A DNA stretch of 64,000 nucleotides from a virus (taxonomy: Duplodnaviria; Caudoviricetes), in the IMG/VR virus record IMGVR_UViG_3300031994_000025, positions 1 through 64,000 of that record; one strand, written 5' to 3'. Every line of letters begins with the position of its first letter. The stretch's first letter is position 1. The position numbers were made by a program, and so were the translations under genes. Below the pieces are notes generated by a model. It had not been told where the DNA came from. It saw only the letters and a program-made list of their open reading frames with translations, and did not search any database. Positions 57,901 through 64,000 of this stretch are shown piece after piece.

Positions 57901-60094
57901 GAGCCGACTGAAGCGCGGTCTGGAGAAGAAGAAGGCCAACCTGGGAGCCAAGCTGCAGGGTCTGTTGCGCTCCATCGAGAAGCGTAAGTCCGACGTGGTG
58001 GACTTCCGCATGATGGGCATCGACCACATCTTCATCGACGAAAGCCACCAGTTCAAGAACCTCGGCTTCACCACCCGCCACGACCGTGTGGCAGGTTTAG
58101 GCAATTCGGAGGGCTCGAAGCGAGCCTACAATCTGCTCATGGCTATACGAACCATTCAGCAGCGCACGGGGCGTGACCTCGGAGCGACGTTCCTGAGTGG
58201 CACGACGATTACGAATAGCCTGACGGAGCTGTATAGTCTGTTCCGCTATCTGCGACCGCAGGCTATGGCCAAGCAGGGCATCACCTGTTTCGATGCCTGG
58301 GCGGCTATCTTCACCCGCAAGACGCAGGAGTATGAGTTCGGACTGACAAACCAGATTGTGCTGAAGGAGCGCTTCCGCTACTTTATCAAGGTGCCGGAGC
58401 TGGCGCAGTTCTACAACGAGATAACCGACTACCGCACGGCAAAGGACGTAGGCATCGAGCGCCCTGAGAAGTACGCACGGCTGATGCACATCGAACCGAC
58501 CCCCGACCAGGCGGAGTTTATCCACACGCTGATGAAGTTTGCCGAGACGGGCAACTTCAAGCTGATAGGCATCGACAACCCCACCAAGCAGCAGGAGATG
58601 GCGAAGATGCTGTATGCAACGGACCTTGCCCGCAAGATGTCGCTCGACATGCGACTGATTGACCCCTCGTATAGTGACCACCCACGGAGCAAGGCCTCGA
58701 TGTGTGCCAAGATGGTGGCCCAGTACTATCACAAGTTCGAGGATGTGAAGGGTACGCAGATGATATTCAGCGACCTCTCGACGTGGCAGAACGACGGGAA
58801 GTTTAACATCTACGAGGAAATCAAGCGCAAGCTGGTGGAAGACTACGGCATACCTGCCTCGGAGATACGCTTCATCCAGGAGGCCCGGTGCGACACGAAG
58901 AAGAAGAAGCTCATCCACGAGGTGAACGACGGCGACGTGCGCATCCTCTTCGGCAGCACCTCTATGCTCGGCACGGGAGTAAACGCCCAGGAGCGAGTCG
59001 TGGCGGTGCATCACCTTGACACCCCCTGGCGCCCCGCCGACCTGGAGCAGCGCGACGGCAGGGCAGTGCGTAAAGGCAACGTGATAGCCCGCGACTATGG
59101 CGACAACAAGGTCGCCGTAATCATCTACGCCGTGAAGCGGTCGTTAGATGCCTACAAGTTCAACCTGTTGCACTGCAAGCAGACCTTCATCCAGCAGTTG
59201 AAGCAGGGACAGTTGGGCAAGCGCACCCTCGACGAGGGCTCGATGGACGAGAAGGGCAATATGAACTTCGCAGAGTATATGGCTATCCTCTCCGGCAACA
59301 CCGACCTGCTGGAAAGGGCCAAGCTCGACAAGAAGATTGCCGCCTTAGAGGTGGAGAAGAAGAACTTCCACCGCGACCAGCGGCAGGCAGAGGAGCGCCG
59401 CGACAGGCTGCAGAAGGACGTGGAGCGGCTGAAGCAGGATGTGAGCGACGCACAGGCCGACCAGCAGCAGTTCGACGCACGGAAGCAGCTGGGCGAGCAG
59501 GGCGAGGTGTTGAACATGCTGGTGCTCGACGGGTTCACCGTGCCAGAGACCGATGCCGACGGCAAGCCTCTCGACTATGCCGGACAGCAGAAGGCTCTCG
59601 GTGAGCGGCTGTGGCGCATCGAGCAGACGGCCCGCACGCAGGGTGTCCGTCTGAAGATAGGCCAGCTATACGGCTTCGACCTGCTGGTGAAGACCAACGA
59701 GCAGATTATTCACGATGCCGATGGCAACGAGTCGATGGAATACACCAACCTCTTCTCGCTGCAGGGCAACCGCATCCTGCACACCGTGAACAACGGCAGG
59801 CTGTCGCACCTCTCACCCCGCCAGGCATCGCTCTACGCCCTGCACTGTCTGCAGGAGCTGCCCCACCGCATCGCCGACTGGCAACGCTGGATAGCCGACA
59901 ACAACGTGACTATCCGCCAACTCGGCGAACTGCTGAAGCAGACGTGGCCCAAGGAGGACGAGCTGCGCCGCGCCAAGGCCGACCTCGCAAAGCTCGACCG
60001 CAAGATCAACGCCGAGATGAACGGGAAGAAGTCTAACGACGGCTCCGAGGGCAACGCCTCCAAGAGCGACGGCGGGCTGAAGCAGGCGGCGTAA
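54950..60094 (+). CDS. N6-adenine MTase plus SNF2 helicase fusion (P1 DarB-like)
   Basis: LDPAAGMGVF, NVPFG, HEVGSGKT, DESH, LSGT..TN, GTGVNAQ, EQRDGRAVRKGN. Confidence 0.9.
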   Translation: MSKLQRLRDNIAAIEYALTGNGDASVMDKYTGFGGMTFVLNPLDKPWSKSEQMYVDDTIELHTLLRDASNSDKEYQAWVESLKASTLTAYYTPEVLVEAIIGAIYGEEKHQGRINYSTHKKGWIKPKTFLDPAAGMGVFMRAVCSQNIALTQFGYSMTAFEKDLLTGIFLNRWAGPRTNVHVAGFETIPASELGKYDLVSTNVPFGDIRVFDPDYTNSKSQVRRDAARMIHRYYVLKGLDCLREGGVLAYIITSNYLNRDGEQIGEALKQARLIGAYRLANNLFKESGTEVGTDLLVMQKDSKRGELTEEETMLLTQYEDGGCPTNMYFDMWPERVIATAWTVDTDAYGKRAFVYQHRDGVQGIAHQLGEVLSKDLTEKLKATEGEDSDPTPDPSPTGAGSGYRKSERKEERKSEKQEQGGQWQEIDARAMYLVAINYHYQELYNSEAAKMEENVDARKRLNGAYDNFREKFGPLNKSENLKAAKKLKLKELLTLEILEDGEWRKADIFKKPVAFSTDEMHSVTDAHEALAQSLNDYGKPDVRYMAALTGKSEEEICDELDGEIYYNPLSEEWEIKARFVSGNVIEKIDEIKRKYQNLGGTEAEEARGTADVAKRGDRTEAYIRRSLDALKKSVPEPIPFDDLDFNLGERWVDTKIYEDFASEFFSMEGDEWGSKVEVTVKYDRNLDQYACDSDRGNEKIYTQYAVSSEASQSLDGMDLLVHALQNSCPKMMKYRRDEMGRKIKTASGKSYEKDEDPEATQKANTLIEEIRQGYQDWLLRQPKELRDGLADKYNRLFNCHVKPQFDGSHQRFPGIDWAGLEAKYEIPQPVYKDGKKVSGGLYKSQEDCIWMLTMQGGGICDHEVGSGKTLIMCLAAHEMKRLGFCHKPMIIGLKANVAAIAETYMTAYPKARVLYAKHADYSGKERENFFNRMKNNDWDVVIMSHDQFGFIPQSDEVQADVIREELNHLNESLSALYGSWDSVSSRLKRGLEKKKANLGAKLQGLLRSIEKRKSDVVDFRMMGIDHIFIDESHQFKNLGFTTRHDRVAGLGNSEGSKRAYNLLMAIRTIQQRTGRDLGATFLSGTTITNSLTELYSLFRYLRPQAMAKQGITCFDAWAAIFTRKTQEYEFGLTNQIVLKERFRYFIKVPELAQFYNEITDYRTAKDVGIERPEKYARLMHIEPTPDQAEFIHTLMKFAETGNFKLIGIDNPTKQQEMAKMLYATDLARKMSLDMRLIDPSYSDHPRSKASMCAKMVAQYYHKFEDVKGTQMIFSDLSTWQNDGKFNIYEEIKRKLVEDYGIPASEIRFIQEARCDTKKKKLIHEVNDGDVRILFGSTSMLGTGVNAQERVVAVHHLDTPWRPADLEQRDGRAVRKGNVIARDYGDNKVAVIIYAVKRSLDAYKFNLLHCKQTFIQQLKQGQLGKRTLDEGSMDEKGNMNFAEYMAILSGNTDLLERAKLDKKIAALEVEKKNFHRDQRQAEERRDRLQKDVERLKQDVSDAQADQQQFDARKQLGEQGEVLNMLVLDGFTVPETDADGKPLDYAGQQKALGERLWRIEQTARTQGVRLKIGQLYGFDLLVKTNEQIIHDADGNESMEYTNLFSLQGNRILHTVNNGRLSHLSPRQASLYALHCLQELPHRIADWQRWIADNNVTIRQLGELLKQTWPKEDELRRAKADLAKLDRKINAEMNGKKSNDGSEGNASKSDGGLKQAA

Positions 60095-60222
60095 ACACCC
60101 CGATTTCGTGAAGTATACTTTCCGCTCGCGGGAAGTATACTTGCCGCACGGCAGAAGTATACTTCACGATTTTGCCCTTTATAACGAACACGAATTAAGA
60201 CTAATTAAAACGAATTGGAACT

Positions 60223-60843
60223 ATGACAAAGAAATCATTCACCTACGGCGGCTACACATTCGAGCCGCGAGGATTGTTCGCAGACTTCGGCCTGAACGAC
60301 GACATTCATGAAATCTGCTGCAAACTGGACAGCAGTAACTTCGGCTATGTAGCCGATGGCGACGAGCCTTATAACTATGACGACTTCTACAAGGCTGCGG
60401 GCGAGAAGGTTGACGACGTGTTCCTGTGTAAGGAGAACGGCATCTTGTACGTCCCATGTCAGTCATCGCTGCAGATTTTTACACCCGGCAAACATGAGCC
60501 AGGCAGTGTGTCAGCAGCATATCACCGTCGGCGTGCAGCCATCGAGGAAGCCAGGAGCGAGCGCAAGCGTGAAGAACTGAAACACGTTATGACTCCCACG
60601 GAAGAGCAGAATCAGACTATCATCGCCCTGCGTCATGCCATTGACGAGTGTCGCAAGCAGGGGCTGGACTTCGCCGTGGATGGCACGGACCTGTATGTGT
60701 TCCGTGCTGACCTGCTGGAGAATTTGACAAGCGACATGGCTCCTGCGGACGGGCAAGAAGGAATCGCCGACAACCTCATCTCAGTCATTGACAACGCATG
60801 GGATGTCTGCGAGGGGTTGTACGCTAATCCGAAAAAAGTATAA
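60223..60843 (+). CDS. hypothetical protein
   Basis: 206-aa ORF. Confidence 0.75.
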   Translation: MTKKSFTYGGYTFEPRGLFADFGLNDDIHEICCKLDSSNFGYVADGDEPYNYDDFYKAAGEKVDDVFLCKENGILYVPCQSSLQIFTPGKHEPGSVSAAYHRRRAAIEEARSERKREELKHVMTPTEEQNQTIIALRHAIDECRKQGLDFAVDGTDLYVFRADLLENLTSDMAPADGQEGIADNLISVIDNAWDVCEGLYANPKKV

Positions 60844-60861
60844 CGATTAAACGATACGACT

Positions 60862-61059
60862 ATGGCATACATGAGTTATTGCAGATTTGAAGGCACCGCC
60901 AGCGACTTCGGCGAGTGCATCGAAGACCTGAAGAAAGGTAAAGTGTTGAACCCGTATGAAGAACCCTACCGCCACACGCTCTACAAGATGGCGAAGGAGT
61001 ACATCACGGCATACGAGAACTATACTCCCAAGCCCGACGATGACGAGGACGAGGACTAA
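60862..61059 (+). CDS. small phage protein
   Basis: MSYCRFE.T..D...C motif. Confidence 0.7.
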   Translation: MAYMSYCRFEGTASDFGECIEDLKKGKVLNPYEEPYRHTLYKMAKEYITAYENYTPKPDDDEDED

Positions 61060-61243
61060 ACACCGACCTTCGCTTGGCCTAAAAACCCGACCGAGGGTCG
61101 GCTTCTGAACGCCTATATCATACCGCTTCAAAACCGATATGATATATCACCTTGCAACTGCATTGAGAGATCACTTTGCAAGTGGATTGAGAGATCACTT
61201 TTCCAATCCCATTTTCCAACCCCAATTAAAACCCAACAAGATT

Positions 61244-62398
61244 ATGACACAGCAAGACTACATCCAGAAAGTAAACGCTGCCAAGCAGCACAGTTATAAC
61301 TACTACGTCCTCTCGGCCCCGACCATCAGCGACGCTGAGTTCGACCGCCTCGTGGACGCTATCGAGCAGACGGAGCGCGAGCACCCCGACTGGACGCTGC
61401 CCGACTCGCCGACGCAGCAGGTGGGCAGCGACCTCGGCGGCAACGGACGGCGCACTATACGCCACCGCACACCGATGCTCTCCTGCCAGAAGGCACAGGC
61501 CACGGAGAAGGTGACGGAATGGCTCGGAAAGATGAAGAAGAAAGTTGGCGGCGGTCTCTCGGCTATGCCCACATGGATGCTCTCATGGAAGGCCGACGGC
61601 ATCTCGTGCTCCCTCGTCTATCAGGACGGTCGGCTCATCGAGGCCAGCACACGAGGCGACGGCCCCACGGGGCAGGACCTGATACAGCACGTCAGGCTGA
61701 TGCACACCGTGCCGCAGACTATCAATGCCAGCGAAATGGCAGGGCGTGTGGAAGTGCGCGGCGAGATAGTATGTCCAAAGGCCAACCTCCAAGGGCTCCG
61801 CGACCAGAACGGCAAACAGTATGCCGACTGCCGAAGCGCAGCCAGCAGTCTGTGCAACCAGGTGACACCGAGCGCCGACATGGCACGGCTGGAGTTCTGG
61901 GCGTGGGACTGCATCGGCGACGACCTGAGCATGAGGTGGCAGGATCACACATGCTACACGCTGCAGAGGATAGGCTTTAAGACCTGCTACCACGAGACTG
62001 ACGACGGCACCCACATAGAGGCTATACTACAGCTGATGGCCGAGAAGCGCGACCTGCTGCTGATTCCCGTCGATGGCATCGTCATACGGCTGAACAGCAA
62101 CAAACAGTTCATCGAGCAGGGCTTCACCGACCACCACCCCAAGGGTTCGATAGCCTATAAGTTCCCGCCGCAGACCACCGTGACCACCGTGCGCCGCATC
62201 GAGATAACCGTGGGAGCCACAGGCCGCCGCACCCCGGTAGCCTGGTTCGACCCCGTGACCATCCTGGGCCGCACCATCGAAAAGGCCAGCCTGGGCAGCG
62301 AGGACACCATGCGCAAGCTCGGCGTCAGTGAAGGCGCAAGGGTGGAGGTGGGCCTGAGCAACGACGTGATACCGAAGGTGTACCGCGTGGTGGCGTAG
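61244..62398 (+). CDS. NAD-dependent DNA ligase, adenylation and OB domains only
   Basis: YY...PTISDAEFD, KADG, TRGDG, EVRGEI, DGIVI, AYKF, DVIPKV followed by stop. Confidence 0.9.
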   Translation: MTQQDYIQKVNAAKQHSYNYYVLSAPTISDAEFDRLVDAIEQTEREHPDWTLPDSPTQQVGSDLGGNGRRTIRHRTPMLSCQKAQATEKVTEWLGKMKKKVGGGLSAMPTWMLSWKADGISCSLVYQDGRLIEASTRGDGPTGQDLIQHVRLMHTVPQTINASEMAGRVEVRGEIVCPKANLQGLRDQNGKQYADCRSAASSLCNQVTPSADMARLEFWAWDCIGDDLSMRWQDHTCYTLQRIGFKTCYHETDDGTHIEAILQLMAEKRDLLLIPVDGIVIRLNSNKQFIEQGFTDHHPKGSIAYKFPPQTTVTTVRRIEITVGATGRRTPVAWFDPVTILGRTIEKASLGSEDTMRKLGVSEGARVEVGLSNDVIPKVYRVVA

Positions 62399-62440
62399 AA
62401 ACAACGAGAGTATTAACCCAACAAAAAAACAATTCAAGTT

Positions 62441-63241
62441 ATGAGTACAATCATCACCAAAGAAAATCCCAACGGAATGAACGAAATCGTTATCGACATG
62501 ACACCTCGACATGAGCCGCACGACCCACAGCGAGGCTTCGGACGAGAGGTGCTGCGCAACGTGTACTACCGCATAGAAGTGCCATTCTACACCTACACTT
62601 TCGGCTACAGCGACAAGTACGAGAAGGAGCGTCAGCAGGGACGTGAGAACGCTCGCCAGTATTTCGACGAGGTGGTAGCTATACTGCAGGCGGCAGGATG
62701 GGCGCTGGTTGACGAAGCATGGCGCAAAGAGCATTCTGGCTCATGTCCGCAACTGACGAAGGACAATCAGAAACTCTACTGCCATCCGCAGAACATCAGC
62801 GGATGTGTAAAGCCCGACGAGGTGGACGCAGTGGGGCGACTCTTCGCCGGAGCCAAGACCTTCCGCCACTACAAGACAGACGACTACCGCGACGTCATCG
62901 TCACCACCAGCACAGCCGACGAGATGCAACTCTACCACCAGACCTTCGACGCCACCGCCAATCAGGTGCTGCAGGAACTGACCACCACCAAGCGTCGAAA
63001 CCTCTACAAGAACGAGGGCACCGTGTGGCACATCCTGATGAACCGCCTGTCTATCGACACCAAGCGGACTGGAGAAATCTACAACTTCGACAACGTGGAG
63101 CAGACATACGCCAACGACGTTATCCAGAAGGCCAAGGCCGACGGCTGGCTGGTGACGGCAAAGGACTGCCGCGATGCTGACATCATCCGCTGGGTAAACA
63201 AGGCCGAACAGCGAGAGATTGAGAAGAAGATGAAACAATAA
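62441..63241 (+). CDS. hypothetical protein
   Basis: 266-aa ORF; LYCHPQNISG. Confidence 0.75.
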   Translation: MSTIITKENPNGMNEIVIDMTPRHEPHDPQRGFGREVLRNVYYRIEVPFYTYTFGYSDKYEKERQQGRENARQYFDEVVAILQAAGWALVDEAWRKEHSGSCPQLTKDNQKLYCHPQNISGCVKPDEVDAVGRLFAGAKTFRHYKTDDYRDVIVTTSTADEMQLYHQTFDATANQVLQELTTTKRRNLYKNEGTVWHILMNRLSIDTKRTGEIYNFDNVEQTYANDVIQKAKADGWLVTAKDCRDADIIRWVNKAEQREIEKKMKQ

Positions 63242-63266
63242 CCCCGATAAAAACAATTCAAGAAAT

Positions 63267-63854
63267 ATGATTACAACAGCAAACTATCTGCTCCGTGCTA
63301 ACGTGAGCAACAGCGATTTCTATTTTGAGTATGCGGACTGCGGCGACGTGTGGACCGCACTCGAACAGTTCTGGCACGACGACTACCCGGAAGTGCTGCC
63401 AGAGCACGACGGATCACCGTTCCCCATTACCGTGACCGCCCTCGACGGCAACGGTGAAGCCTGCGGACAGCACACGCTGACGTTCAACAGCGCCGCCTTC
63501 CATGCCTTCTACGACCACGGACGCAAGGCCAGTGGCCCCCACACCCTCGACGAGTTCGCCCTCGACGTATGCCACCACTCCGGGCCAGTGGCCAACCCCG
63601 TCCAGCAGGCGAAGGATATCATTACCCTCTGGAGCGACTGGTGTATGGACTACGACGACGAGAACCTGTGGCTCGACTATATGGTGCGCCATCCCAAGGG
63701 TCACTGCAACCGCCAGCACCTGCAGCAGAAGTGGGACTACTGCTACGAGAAGTACGGCAACAAGGCCGCCATGCAGATGTTCTGGCGCGAACTCGACAAC
63801 GACAACCACACCATCCTGACCGAGTACATCACGACCGAGTGGCGCAAAGATTGA
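63267..63854 (+). CDS. hypothetical protein
   Basis: 195-aa ORF. Confidence 0.75.
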   Translation: MITTANYLLRANVSNSDFYFEYADCGDVWTALEQFWHDDYPEVLPEHDGSPFPITVTALDGNGEACGQHTLTFNSAAFHAFYDHGRKASGPHTLDEFALDVCHHSGPVANPVQQAKDIITLWSDWCMDYDDENLWLDYMVRHPKGHCNRQHLQQKWDYCYEKYGNKAAMQMFWRELDNDNHTILTEYITTEWRKD

Positions 63855-64000
63855 GAAAAGTTTAACCCTTTAAAAACAAAACGAATGATTGAGAATTGGA
63901 TAATGGGCTTCTTCGCATGGCTGTGGTTCATACAGTGGGCCTGCAAGAAGTAAGTATTAACCCCCGAAATTAAAACATCAAGCGAACTATGGCAAAAGAA

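Noticed and set aside
61139-61243. N-terminal extension of the ligase
   Set aside because: It is translated 24-bp tandem repeat sequence; the likely start is 61244.

Overview
About 64 kb of a temperate Bacteroidales phage that also carries a plasmid-type replicon, i.e. a probable phage-plasmid. The host is most likely Prevotella/Xylanibacter, judged from TAnnTTTG -7 promoters and Prevotella-type dispersed palindromic repeats. Layout: (1) 1-15.3 kb, minus strand: many small accessory genes, a phosphoesterase, a DUF2829/Tad2-like protein, two ASCH-like proteins, a C5 DNA methyltransferase and a radical SAM protein. (2) 15.5-20.9 kb, minus strand: portal, terminase and endolysin. (3) 21-23.7 kb: a c4-like antisense-regulated operon (gene X, HNH, TnpB) ending in a 2-repeat CRISPR mini-array. 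(4) 24-33 kb: tRNA-Gln, parA/centromere/ParB-like gene, iteron origin, Rep and a DnaA_N-AAA ATPase. (5) 34-41 kb: spanin-like lipoprotein, GIY-YIG nuclease, HU proteins, a second copy of gene X with a different HNH, and HicAB. (6) 41.5-64 kb, plus strand: an early or leading region with a ~600-nt structured non-coding leader, MutS-I, ArdC, DnaJ-LPD29, BRCT, a DarB-like MTase-SNF2 helicase and a truncated NAD ligase. The best candidate for an undescribed system is a catalytically intact TnpB with no adjacent transposase. Its omegaRNA region carries an anti-repeat that pairs with a 36-bp GTTG...CAAC CRISPR repeat, consistent with a TnpB-to-Cas12 intermediate. The operon sits behind one of four c4-like antisense switches with different recognition sequences. 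All family calls come from motifs recognised by eye; no searches were run.
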